From: Phoronis australis
Taxonomy: Eukaryota > Animalia > Phoronida
Direction of reading: 5' to 3'
DNA: 64,000 nucleotides
Assembly: GCA_002633005.1 (NCBI GenBank)
Contig: NMRA01000189.1
Coordinates: forward strand, 1-64,000
Part shown: positions 1 through 13,600 of the stretch, in pieces
Layout: every line of letters begins with the position of its first letter
How positions within the stretch are numbered: position 1 is the stretch's first letter
Made by a program: the position numbers and the translations under genes
Notes under the pieces: model-generated
The model's database searches: none
Seen by the model: the letters and a program-made list of their open reading frames with translations, nothing else
What the model was told of the DNA's origin: nothing

Positions 1-984
1 CTTTTCAATTTAGCCGGTGGAGCGTGAGACCCCTGAGGTCCCAATCGAGTCCTCACGACAACTTCGCGTTATGCACTATGTGAAATCTATCTGACAATGG
101 AAAGATGTCATCGCCTCTTCAATAGAAATCGTATTTATGATCGACATATGTCTCGAATAAAGATAAATGATACGTGTGATATAAGGTCATTTTTCATAAA
201 AATCCATCAGGAATTCCAATAGGGGCCATAGCAGCTGTTGGATACTGTTGCTCCCAACTTGTTCGATTCTATAGCCCACTAAGTTGGGAAGATGACCCAT
301 GTAGCCAATATCTTGCACGACTGATAAACTCTATTCTGTCATTTATGATCGACATATGACCCGATGAATACAGGTAAATAACGTATAATAGGTAATCTCT
401 GGTAAGATGGGCAATAAAAAGCGCCGGCCACGTGGACATACGAGAGAATGACGAAAACTGGGAGGAAGATGGTGGGAAAAGTGAATGAGTTTTTGACGTA
501 CGACAATGTGGCCGGAACAAAGTGATTGAAAGGGAGGTTACAATAACAAAGAAAAACGCCCCTAAAGACACGTGACAATCATCAGCCTATAAGAGCCAAG
601 AGCTGACCAAACTCGAGGCACGTGATAACAACAGACCAATGCGAATGTAGTCCTACACAAGGGAATAATGAAATAGACCGAGATGTGGGGGAAAAGGAGT
701 AAGACAAGTCCATATGCTCACATAAATATATTAAACGAGTGAAATACCATTTATGGTTGGATGGCCAGCTCTCTTTTGTTCGATAATTGCTCTAATCTCC
801 AATAAGATCCTATCTTGCTAGACTGGGCTGTGCTGTTAAAAATAATAGCATTTCTGAAATCCTCATCAAATGGTGATCATGTTTAGTTTTTGAATCGCCA
901 AAATCACCCAACAACAACCGAAGTTACGACAATCTATTCTTTCCGAACGTATCAATTCGCTCCGGGTAGGGAGGACGTTTTTTA

Positions 985-3050
985 ATTTTTTTACAAGGCC
1001 CATGTGTCATACAATTTTCAAAAGCCCTTGGTGTGAGAAATGGGTGAGTGGTTACTGAGAAAATGGCCGTTGAAACGCGACGATTATGTGTAAAATATTT
1101 GCCTTTCTACATAATTTCGTAAAAAATAAAAGGATATACATGTTCTGCATATCAAAAGACTCGTTTCAACGAGACAAACATGGTGATATGTGTTACATGC
1201 AATTTGGATCAATTTCTACAGAGATATTGCTGTTTAAGTGTGTTGTTAGCATATATGGAACAGGAACATCAACCCCATTCATGAAAACAATGGATTACAC
1301 AGCTTAAAAGGAAAAGAGCAAAGACAACACATCAGCTAAGAAATAAATACACCTGAGCTAAGAGGAAATTTCACATCATACCGCAAGATAACATTGGTGG
1401 ATTTAGGGGATGGGGGGCAAGGAGACCATGGCCCCCTTAAAACACTCTCAGATTTCATTTGGCAGTTCGAGGGTGCAAATAACTTGCGGGTAAAATCTTG
1501 CCTAATACGTCTGATAAAGTCACCGAATGGGAAAACGCCATCATGTTTTAAGTGATAGTTTTAAGTCTAGAATGTATTTTTGATGAGGTGAAAACTCTTT
1601 GGCACTAGTGGAGTAGTGACCACCAGTCGGATATAATGGACCCTGATTTGGAGAACCAGGCAATCACTGAATAACGGCCGTTATTTAGTGGATGAAACTG
1701 GTTCTCAAAATCAGGGTTCATTACATCTGACTAGTGCCAACTCTTAATTAGTGAGCAGATTTTGGCCTACTGCCCATTTAACATACACCACTAGTCAGAT
1801 ATAATGGACCCTGATTTAGAGAACCAGTTTCATCCACTAAATAACAGCCGTTATTCAGTGATTACCTGGTTCTCTAGATCAGGGTCCAGGCTAGCCTTGG
1901 TACAAAGCTGTATACGTAAATATACAGCTTTGCACCTGTGTGGGTAAAAAAGTGGTAAGATAAAATCTGACACAAAATTGGTGTCATTAAAAACTACAAT
2001 CTTCCTTGAGTAAACTAAATTATTTAATGGAGTTGGAAAAAATGGCGTTCTACCGTTATTCTGCTGCTAAAGTTGTGGAGCGATCTTTAGCGATGGCTTT
2101 CGGCGCCATGAAATATTGCGTCACCTATTGGCCAGTTTATTTTTTGCCGATTCTTCAATCAACTGTTATTCTTTCACGAGGTTGCGTACACGTCACAACA
2201 AATTATCGAAACTGGTTTAACTTCATTATAAGTTTTTAGAATTTTGATACCGAAAAACCGAATTTCAGAAGAAATTTGCTGCTGCCAAGCTATCATCATT
2301 TCCTGAGAGATGTTGCAAAAAATTTAGGGAATGGCGCGTGCGCGTGACACGAGTGTATTGTTTTCAAAACGACGACATACTTTTCATTAGAAAAGGCGGA
2401 GAGTTAAGCAAGAAAATGACGTTTATTGCATTGTTTTTCACTTAAACAGCTGTAACGGACAAGGTGAGTGTCGGCTGATTCTAGGGAGGACAACATTTTT
2501 AAAATTTTTTTTACAATACCCATGTGTCATACATTTTTGAAAAGCCCTTGGTGTGAGAAATGAAATGGTGCAAAAATCAGAAAAATTGGATGAGCGGTTG
2601 ACGAGAAAATGGCCGTTGAAACGCGACGATTATGCGTAAAATATCTGCCTTTTTACATAATTTCGTAAAAAATAAAAGAATATACATGTGCTGCATATAA
2701 AAAGATTCGTCTAATTGAGACAAATATGGTGGTGTGTATTATATAAAATTTGGATCGATTTCTACAGAGATATTGCTGTTTAAGTGTGTTGTTAGCATAT
2801 AGAACAGGCTCATCATGTTTGATGAAAACAATGGATTACACAGCTTAAAAGGTAAAGAGCAGACACCACATCAGCTCAGAAATAAATACATCTGAGCTAG
2901 GAGGAAATTTCACATCAAATCACAAGATCACATTGGTGGATTTGGGGGGGGCAAGGGGGCCTGGCCCGTGGCCCCCCCCTAAAACTCCCATATTTCATTT
3001 GGCAGTTTGAGGGTGCAAATATCTTACGGATAAAATCCTGCGTAATACTC
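985..3050. repeat. Pair of diverged direct repeats of about 530 bp (985-1510 / 2504-3050); 2090-2420 also matches 7700-8030
   Basis: Shared CCCATGTGTCATACA..AAAAGCCCTTGGTGTGAGAAATG..GAGAAAATGGCCGTTGAAACGCGACGATTATG and further colinear sequence. Probably TE fragments. Confidence 0.75.
1621..1888. repeat. Nested inverted repeat: two oppositely oriented copies of a self-complementary unit of about 115 bp
   Basis: 1621-1736 is a palindrome centred on ATAACGGCCGTTAT; 1789-1888 is its reverse complement. Confidence 0.8.
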
Positions 3051-3103
3051 TTCCCTGCCCCCCTCCTATCTAAAAATCCTAGATCTGCCCCTGAATACTA
3101 CTA

Positions 3104-3191
3104 CATGGGCAACACATCATTGCCTGACAGTGACAGGGGGCTGGGGGAGGCTATAGCTCCCCACTTTTTTCAGTGCTGGGTGCCACCCATG
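3104..3191. mobile_element. Short MITE with CATGGG termini and 5-bp TSD (TACTA)
   Basis: CATGGGC...ACCCATG flanked by TACTA on both sides. A related copy at 27723-27791 has flanks TAGTA/AAGTA. Confidence 0.65.
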
Positions 3192-4636
3192 TACTATTAG
3201 ATCGTATCATGGCAAAAAAACATCAGAAAGTAGACAAAAGACCATTTGGGAAAACAAATCACTCTTAACATAAAGGATTTCATCATTTACGCAACAAAAA
3301 CTTTGTAACAACTTTATTTCGAACGGTGAAGTTGCGATGCCATTGAACTTCAACGTTGCCGATGGTGGCGCTGACATGCGGCGACTTAGTGAACTAACGA
3401 CTGCTGTTTGAAAAGTGCCAATGCGCAGCAGTTTGACAGAATTTCTGAAAATGAAATAATTACCAATTAAAAGAGTGATAAATTCCTCATCTAAAACTCT
3501 GGGGGGCATATTGCGCAACTGGAAAAACATCAATCTCCCGACCGACCAAAATTAGGCCTTCCGGACGATCGAAAACTCGCCATGAAAACTTGGCCTTGAC
3601 TTCGAGAAAACAACTTGAGGAGATGCGCACGCATCTAAACTACATCTTGTCCAAATTTCATGTTTGTATTTGAGAGTATAGTGCTCTTTTGGATAGGAGG
3701 AACAAGAGGTACTTTTTCGAAAGTTGATCGCATGGCGGAAAATCGTGCGCTAAAAAAAGCTTACAAAAATGATTTATGAGCGCTAATTTGAGACAAAAAG
3801 ATCACAAACTTACAAATAAAGACTAAGGTAACGATTTATAACACAAAATTGTCTTATAGTTAACTTTGAAGTCTGAAATCGGGTAATTTACCGACGTGGG
3901 TTTTACACGGAGGCAGATATGGAGCACCGTGACCTACTTTTTGATTGTCCTCCCTACTGATTCCCAGATTTTGCATGCACCCCATCCGGTCTTTAGCTTT
4001 AGCCTTTACATGTTGATACCCTGGCAGTGTGCATGTTCGGGGACTACGGAAGAAATACACACAGTGGTGCCTAGCTGTATTTTGACGACAGTCTTCATAC
4101 AGCTAGCTGGCTGGCTGGGTCCAGGCATTAATATTAGACTTAGCCAGCGATATCCGACTAACCTGAGGCTGAGACGAGTCACTCAGGCTAGTCTGAGTGC
4201 CATAATTAAACTCCATTCCAATGATCAAAAATGTTTCATTCTTGTCTTTCAGAATGCGCAATTTTCGAAGACTGTAAGGTAATCAAATATGTCAAGTAAT
4301 CCGAGCTCTAACACTTACTTTTACAATAGACCATTGACAACTGTGCTGTCTACGCTGTTAGCCTACCGAGTGCTGTCAGCTGGCGCGCCAAATCCGATGA
4401 GCAGACACCGGAAGCAAAACATCAACTTAGGAAACACTTTAGTAATTACAGAATTTTTCTAATTATGAAAACAAAATTAATCTAAATTTTTGTCAATAAG
4501 GTCTTATAAAATTCTTCAATCACATGAATTGTACAAAAAATCGAATTTCAGAAATTAGTATATGCTACAAAAACTGTTTTACGAAACTGAGAAATTCACC
4601 TCCTATCGGAAGTGAAAGAAACAAAAACAAGTAGAC

Positions 4637-7600
4637 ATGGCGGAGTGTGCATCTTCTCGCCGCAGAAATCAAGGAACTGTTCTTTGCAGGTTTGAAAGTC
4701 GCTCCATTTTTTTCAATGTACCTCGGGGTAGTTCGGGAAAACTCGGACGGCGGTAAACTTGGACGAGTCTAAATAAACGTCAAATATATTAACAACCAAG
4801 ATACCTTACCACTAAACGAAGTTTATTATTCACTTCCTTGAACTGGAATTTATTTATTACCTCACTTGAAATACAACAAAGCTTCAACACATATGACGCA
4901 TGTTCAGCACCTTACATTGCTCTGCCGTCTGCTTCACGTGGTGATTTTGAAAGTCTGCAGTAGCCTAGGTACAAGTTCTGTTTTCCAAGTTTTATTTAGG
5001 TTACTTGTCATGTACTCTGGAGTTCCGAATTAGTAGAGACAGCAATAATACAGTATAGACTGGAAAATTTCACGATTTTTAATAATAGTAGAGACCCAAC
5101 ATTTTTGCCATTAGAAAAGTAGAATAATAGTATAGACCAGAAATTTGTCAGAAAAAAATAGTAATAGTATAGAATGGAACTAATAATGGTATAGACGGCA
5201 AATTTGTGGAAATTTAAACATAGTAATAATAATATTGATTACAAATTTAGGTAAAATCTAATAATGTTATAGAAAGGAATAATGCAAAACAGTAAATTCT
5301 AAGGAATAATGATATAGACGGGAAATTTGTAGAAAATTAAAAATAAAATAGACAGGAATAATAACATTGATTACAAATTTGCGTAAAATCTAGTAACGGT
5401 AGATGGGAATAATAGGAAGTGCAAAATCTAAAAATGACGTAGATGGGATTGGAATAATAGTTCAAAGAAGCATATTCTATCTGACTTACCACCGCTTTAA
5501 GTAATTGTTTCAAAGAAAAACTTTTAAATTGAACATTAGCATAGTTAAATGATTGCAGTGATGTATCCACCCATGACATAACATAGTACAGTGAAGTGGA
5601 ATAAAGTGTCATTGCTTAAACAAAGATCATTCGTTTATTCAATAACTTTAATGGAAGTCTATATAGATGTGTTTCAAACAGTATGCATTATCATTTTACT
5701 CAAAAAAGAATGAGACATACTAGAGATGCCAATGTCGACTAAGTCCAAAAATTATAACAAGGAGGTAAAGATTTCAGCATAAACGTCCAGTCTTCCACGA
5801 AGCCGACAGTCTGAATAAAGACAATGTTTTAGTGTCTTGGTAAAACGAGTCGCATTTTTATCATACATGTTCCTGACAGTCGAGCCTTTGTTTCTCTCAA
5901 TCTCATGTCCTCATAAGCACATTGTTNGCGAAACAAGATGGCGGACGAACTTTGGAGCCTGACGAAAATAGGTAACCGGACGATATAGACTGGAAAATTT
6001 CACGATTTTTAATAATAGTAGAGACCCAACATTTTTGCCATTAGAAAATTAGAATAATAGTATAGACCAGAAATTTGTCAGAAAAAAATAATAATAGTAT
6101 AGAATGGAACTAATAATGGTATAGACGGCAAATTTGTGGAAATTTAAACATAGTAATAATAATATTGATTACAAATTTAGGTAAAATCTAATAATGATAT
6201 AGAAAGGAATAATGCAAAACAGTAAATTCTAAGGAATAATGATATAGACGGGAAATTTGTAGAAAATTAAAAATAAAATAGACAGGAATAATAACATTGA
6301 TTACAAATTTGCGTAAAATCTAGTAACGGTAGATGGAAATAATAGGAAGTACAAAATCTAAAAATGACGTAGATGGGATTGGAATAATAGTTCAAAGAAG
6401 CATATTCTGTCTGACTTACCACCTCTTTAAGTAATTGTTTCAAAGAAAAACTTTTAAATTGAACATTAGCATAGTTAAATGATTGCAGTGATGTATCCAC
6501 CCATGACATAACATAGTACGGTAAAGTGGAATAAAGTGTCATTGCTTAAACAAAGATCATTCGTTTATTCAATAACTTTAATGGAAGTCTATATAGATGT
6601 GTTTCAAACAGTATGCGTTATCATTTTACTCAAAAAAGAATGAGACATACTAGAGATGCCAATGTCGACTAAGTCCAAAAATTATAACAAGGAGGTAAAG
6701 ATTTCAGCATAAACGTCCAGTCTTCCACGAAGCCGACAGTCTGAATAAAGACAATGTTTTAGTGTCTTGGTAAAACGAGTCGCATTTTTATCATACATGT
6801 TCCTGACAGTCGAGCCTTTGTTTCTCTCAATCTCATGTCCTCATAAGCACATTGTTCATAGTCAATGTTAGTCAGAATTCGACATCAAAATGTCGGTACA
6901 GCCAAAATTTTACACGGCCAGAAATTGAGATTTCTTGCAGAATTGCCCAACATTCGAGTCCACGTCCACAACTACGTACACCATCTTGAATATCTAATTA
7001 GGTATAATAAACAAAACGATTCACGTGCGCTTTTCCATTTATTTGGATGGGAGAGCAAGTACAAATCAATTTCAATAGATATCGACTGGATTGTCGAATG
7101 TTAGCAACTATGTCATTTTCAAGATTGTCACAAGTCCATTCTTCCTGTTCATTAAAACAATCTATTCTCAAGTTTGGAGCGAATTGTAAAAATGCTGATG
7201 TCCGATGTTGTCGGCAACTTGTTGCTATTTTGTTGATTCTAGGAAGCTGGTTCCTAGGTTGATTGAAAGGTTCGGCACCATTCATTAACTGCATGGGTAA
7301 TTGCGCTTCATTGACTTGCCGCGTTATCACCACTGTCTGCAGCTGGATTATTTGTCGTACCAGCGTCTGAATCAATGTCTATCTGGAACATCTCTCGGTT
7401 TGTAAAATAATACTCGAATTCTTTTAGGCCTTTGCGCGGCAGACGACATGATTAAGTATGTAGAATTCGCATGTCAATAATGACGGAAACCGCAGATTCT
7501 AATTATCATTTTATAGCCTGGTCATCCATTCAGCCAAAAGTAGTTCCATAGGTGGCTTATCGACAAATTATTCATGCATGCTGACTCGCAATAGAAGCCT

Positions 7601-10600
7601 GATAAGAGTGAAGGTGGATAAATGCATTGTTACTACAGTTTCTTCAGGTAGTGGATGTGTTCACATGTTTGATGCTAAAATTGTGATGCAATTTTTTGTG
7701 TCAGCTTTTGGTGTTTTGGAGTATTGCCTCACCTATTGGCCAGTTTCTTTTCTTGCAGATTCTTCAATCAACTGTAACAGTTGTTTTTTTTACGAGGTCA
7801 CGTTCACGTCACAACCAATTATCTGAACAGGTTTCACTTCATTATAAATTTTCAGAATTTTGATACCAGCAAACCGAATTTCAAAATAAAGTTTGCTGCT
7901 GCGAAGCTGTCATTATCTCCAGATAGATGTTTTAAAAATTTAGGAAATGGCGCGTCCATGTGTCGCAAGCGTAATGATTTCAAAACGATGACTTTTTTAC
8001 AAAAGGCAATGAATTACGCATGAAAATGACATCTCACTCACTAATGGTAATTCCGTGCTATCAGAAGGCATAGTTAGCACATATACGTACTGGTTTTATC
8101 AGGGTCGCTGGTGCGATTTCCGGGTCCAAACATAGGCGAATTCGGGTGGACCCGGGCCCCCCTTGACTGCCGCAAGCAAAATGAAACAGCAACAGCGTGA
8201 AGTGCTTGAGGAAATATTGCGTTCAGCAACTAGAACCTGTAGCAGATGAAGGGGCTCAGACCCCAGCGGAATCGTGTCCCCGTTTTTTTTTTTTTTTTAG
8301 CCCACCGATAGATTTTCTGAACAGAAGGTCCACATTCTCAACCTCCGCAACTTTCAGGCCACCTGTGCAAATGCAATCATACTTAACCCAATTCCCTGAG
8401 GCAACATGTTGGGTCCCCCCTTATGGTATCCTAGATCCGCCACTGTGGAATCTCGGCAATTCCTATAACAAAACATAAATGATGCAGAAGTTGTCTTTGA
8501 ATTTCAGTTAAATCGGAACCTGTAGACACTACCATCATCTCAACTGGCCCCAATAGAGACAGTGGTCATCCCATAGGCCCTCCATATGCTGGAAGCTTTT
8601 CGGTGAATTATTCCATGATGATTAAACTATTGAAGTCATGTTTAAAGTACCTTTAGTGATTAGAGGGACACTTTAGGGGGCCATCGATGTCTTTAACTCT
8701 TCCTAGCTTGTACAAATACTCCCGAAATCAAACTTTTTTCTAACAGTGTTTCATTCAGTTGTCCAAATCAGCAATTGTCCATTTTTACACTGCTCGAACC
8801 AGGGGATTTGATGTCTGAGGGACTGCACAAACATTAGTGATGGGTATGGGGGCGTGAGGTCGCATGACATCGCTGGTGCTAAGTGGAGGGGTATGGTGTT
8901 CGAAATTTCTGGCAATCTAGAAGAGGATAGCAGCTACACCTGTGTGATATTTTTGGTATGTCTTTACGAAGTGTAAAACATCACTAGTTATAGTAAAAAA
9001 GTCTATGGTCTGTATGCAGAATGTACGCTGCATGAATGCCTGGCTGTATGCAGGACGTACATTGCATGAAGGCCTGGCTATATGCAGGACATATACTGCA
9101 TGAAGGCCAGGCTGTATACAGAACGTACGCTGCATGAAGGCCTAGCTGTATGCAGGACGTACGCTGCATGAAGGCCTGGCTGTATGCAGGACGTACATTG
9201 CATGAAGGCCTGGCTATATGCAGGACATATACTGCATGAAGGCCAGGCTGTATACAGAACGTACGCTGCATGAAGGCCTGACTGTATGCAGGATGTAGGC
9301 TGCATGAAGGCCTGGCTGTATGCAGGACGTATGCTGCATGAAGGCCTGGCTGTATGCAGAACCTACGCTGCATGAAGGCCTGGCTGTATGCAGAACCTAC
9401 GCTGCATGAAGGCCTGGCTGTATGATATCCAGCAATTTAAAGATAAATGGTGAAGAGTTTCGTTTCCAGGCACGTAGGAAGGTGAATGTCAATTATTAAG
9501 GGCACGCCGCTATTCTCTCCTTTCGGCTACAACTATTATTAAAATCTCTTGGTCTATTTACACCAACCTCTTGTCTATTTGCATTATCATGGCGTTTCGG
9601 TCGGTCTATTCTCCGGCCATCATCAGGTGTTCTTGCGTTCTTAGAAGAATGAGCACGGATATGTGGTACACTCATCATGGTGTGATTTTTTTCTTTATGT
9701 ATTGTCGAGGAAGGATTTGAACCCACGACTTCTGAAACTACAGGTATTTTGAGTCCAGCACCTTAACCACTTCACCACAGAGGATGACACCTCACAGTGG
9801 TTTTAGAAAATCTCCTTTCAGTTGTCACTGTTTTTTTCTGGAGGATTTTACGATGTTGTGTTTCGGTTAATAAGTAAATGCACTCGACCGGCTTACCTGG
9901 GATCAGCTTCTGTCTAGAACCCTTCAGAGTATTTACAGAAACCTCCACCGATGAACACTTATTAAATGCACGAATGAATATCTTATCAGACTGGATTGTA
10001 ATTGAATCCCCTAGACACATGCATAATTTGATCTTGGAGGCAAAATTAATTAATGTTGTCACTGGCAGCTTTCATGCATACTTTTTGCGATCTCTCAGTA
10101 TTTTGTTGATATTCCTGAGAACAACTATGTAACAGATCACTAGGAGACACAATCTTTAAGATGGCAGCTAGTCATACCTCGTATAGTTAGGTCACAAAAG
10201 GTCACAACACGCGTGTAAACCAGTAGTAAATCATAAAATGTTGTTGTATGTACTTTTAAGTATCCACAAAACAGTCTGATTTGATTGAACAAAGCTAAGC
10301 TGAATATTTTTGCTTCGACGCAGCTTTCCCCTTAAGCCATATTGTACATAACATACTAAAAGATTGTACGTGACCACTTTCCATTGCAGGTACTTCTTAC
10401 ATGGATCGTGTAGACGAGGACAGGAGTGCACATTCTCACACAATTTAGAAACTTCAGCGCCGTCAACTGTCTGCCGGTACTACCTCAAAGGATACTGTTC
10501 CTACGGTGATAGCTGCAGGTTTGATATAACTTGTAACATTATGAATTTTCTAATTTTATGCAGTGCCATCTACTTGTTACATATTTAGGTACAGTGACTG

Positions 10601-13600
10601 TTGTTCATTCATTATCCACCTCTTTATATCTCTCATATCTGAGGACGAACTTCTTGGAAGTTCTGCAGAGTGTATTCCTCTTACTGAGAGGACGACACTA
10701 TTCTGTTTCACAGTGTCATCTCGTGGCAAAAGTGGCCGTGTGATGATGTACTGGCAGACAGAATACCATGTGTTGCCATCGGCAGCAAGGTCTAGATGCA
10801 AATTGGGTTGTGATAACATTATCAGACAGAATTCCATGTGATGCCATTGACAGCGGGGTCCAGATATGGCAAGTGCTCGTGTGAGGACATATTGACCGAC
10901 AGAATACCATGTGTTGCCATTGACAGCAGGGTACAGTTATGGCAAATGATCGTTTGATTATGTATTGACAGACAGAATACCATGTGTTGCCATTGGCAGC
11001 AGGGTAAAGATATGGCAAATGATCGTTTGATTATGTATTGACAGACAGAATACCATGTGTTGCCATTGGCAGCAGGGTAAAGATATGGCAAATGATCGTT
11101 TGATTATGTATTGACAGACAGAATACCATGTATTGCCATTGGCAGCAGGGTAAAGATATGGCAAATGATCGTTTGATTATGTATTGACAGANATTTTGAC
11201 CCTAGCCTATTGAGGAGACAATGACCATGCCTTTCCATTTTGCAAAGTATGCCCTCTACTGGCCACTTGATGGTACCAATAAACAACCATAGAAGGATAC
11301 CGTATGCGGTGCAATTGTGGGCGCATTTCAACGCTCCGCGTTGCTCTTGTTTTCTTTATGTATTGTCGAGGAAGGATTTGAACCCACGACTTCTGAAACT
11401 ACAGGTATTTTGAGTCCAGCACCTTAACCACTTCACCACAGGGGATGACACCTCACAGTGGTTTTAGAAAATCTCCTTTCAGTTGTCACTGTTTTTTTTC
11501 TGGAGGATTTTACGATGTTGTGTTTCGGTTAATAAGTAAATCCACTCGACCGGCTTACCTGGGATCAGCTTCTGTCTAGAACCCTTCATAGTATTTACAG
11601 AAACCTCCACCAATGAACACTTAAATGCACGAATAAATATCTGGTCAGACTGGATTGTAACTGAATCCCCTAGACACGTGCATAATTTGATCTTGGAGGC
11701 AAAATTAATTAAATTATACTCGATAGTGTTGTCACTGGCAGCCTTCATGCATACTTTTTGCGATCTCTCAGTATTTTTGTTGATATTCCTGAGAACAACT
11801 ATGTAACAGATCACTAGGAGACACAATCTTCAAGATGGCAGCTAGTCATACCTCGTATAGTTAGGTCACAAAAGGTCACAACACGCGTGTAAACCAGTAG
11901 TAAATCATAAAATGCTGTTGTATGTACTTTTAAGTATCCACAAAACAGTCTGATTTGATTGAACAAAGCTAAGCTGAATATTTTTGCTTCGACGCGGCTT
12001 TCCCCTTAAGCCATATTGTACATAACATACTAAAAGATTCATTGTACGGGACCACTTTCCATTGCAGGTACTTCTTACATGGTTCGTGTAGACGAGGACA
12101 GGAGTGCACATTCTCACACAATTTAGAATCTTCAACGCCATCAAATGTCTGCCGGTACTACCTCAAAGGATACTGTTCCTACGGTGATAGCTGCAGGTTT
12201 GATATAACTTGTAACATTATGAATTTTCTAATTTTATGCAGTGCCATCTACTTGTTACATATTTAGGTACAGTTACTGTTGTTCATTCATTATCCACCTC
12301 TTTATATCATATATGAGGACGAACTTCTTGGAAGTTCTGCAGAGTGTATTCCTCTTACTGAGAGGACAACACTATTCTGTTTCGCAGTGTTATCTCGTGG
12401 CAAAAGTGGCCATGTGATGATGTACTGGCAGACAGAATACCATGTGTTGCCATCGGCAGCAAGGTCTAGATGCAAATTGGGTTGTGATAACATTATCAGA
12501 CAGAATTCCACGTGATGCCATTGACAGCGGGGTCCAGATATGGCAAGTGCTCGTGTGATGGCGTATTGACAGACAAAATACTATGTGTTGCCATCGACAG
12601 CAGGGTACAGATATGGCAAATGGCCGTGTGATGAAGTTTTGACAGACAGAATATCATGTGTTGCCATTGGCAGCAGGGTACAGATATGGCAAATGATCGT
12701 TTGATTATGTATTGACAGACAGAATACCATGTGTTGCCATTGGCAGCAGGGTACAGATATGGCAAATGATCGTTTGATTATGTATTGACAGACAGAATAC
12801 CATGTGTTGTCATTGGCAGCAGGGTACAGACATGGCAAGTGATCGTGTGATGATGCATTGACAGTCAGAATACCATGTGTTGTCGTTGACAGCAGGGTAC
12901 AGATCGTTTGATGATGTATTGACAGACAGAATACGATTCAAGGGCAGCAGGGTTCAGATATGGCAAGTACCATGTTGCTTCCTCAGTTTGTTCCACCTGG
13001 CAACTTTAGCTGGAACCTTTGTCAACACATCTTAATTGCTCAACTAGCCAAGCTCGACCTCAGGTTCCAAGATTTTCCACTACTTAGAATGTTAAACAAC
13101 AAATTAATTGACTTTTTCCGAAATAAGGCTTTTGCAGTTTTTGTGAAATGAGACCACAAAGGTCACAGCAATCACATGCAGAAAAAATATTTGACCCTGT
13201 GTGAAGAAAAGGAATGCCTTGTTTGTATTAAAACTTACGCGGACCAGATATTTCTCGGTGAAATAGTGAAATAAATAGTGAGATAAACAGTGACGGAAAA
13301 TCTCGACGAATCATTTTGGCTGTTGTTGCAGAAGCCTTAAAGGCGAAGGGAACCTTTTTCCATGTCATTTTGACCTAAAATAAGGTGGTTTGGTTATCCT
13401 ATACATATTTTCCACTTAATTACAGCTTTTCGTAATTTGTTTAATTACTCGTCCGCTACTCCGGAAGTGACGTTTTAGGAGGCAAGCGTTTCCCGCCACT
13501 TGGTTTTGCATTGACTTTACCATGCGAATCTGTTCTTTTCTACTTTTGTTTTGTGCTGTTTTTCAACAATTGTCGCCTCCAGTTTCCATCGGCGAGTATT

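Noticed and set aside
4607-4617. CGGAAGTGAAA ETS / ETS-IRF composite motif just before the makorin ATG
   Set aside because: It is only about 20 bp from the ATG, so probably in the 5' UTR; a single short motif with no TSS evidence.
6998-7375. 125-aa minus-strand ORF in makorin intron 1
   Set aside because: No recognisable motif, no ATG start and no clear splice structure.
8620-8950. Possible LINE endonuclease remnant on minus (GVAAIL, ITNVCA, DFN)
   Set aside because: The motifs are short, in broken frames and wrongly spaced; not supportable without a search.
8917-9373. Overlapping ORFs with repetitive Cys/His-rich translations
   Set aside because: They are translations of the 34-bp minisatellite.
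9703-9785. Possible tRNA-Leu gene
   Set aside because: A/B boxes are present but the stems do not close, and it is attached to a repeat body; treated as a SINE head.
10558-12838. Many ORFs with repeated [19 protein letters not shown]; CRISPR-like appearance
   Set aside because: These are 73-bp tandem repeats without unique spacers, in a eukaryotic intron with no cas genes.
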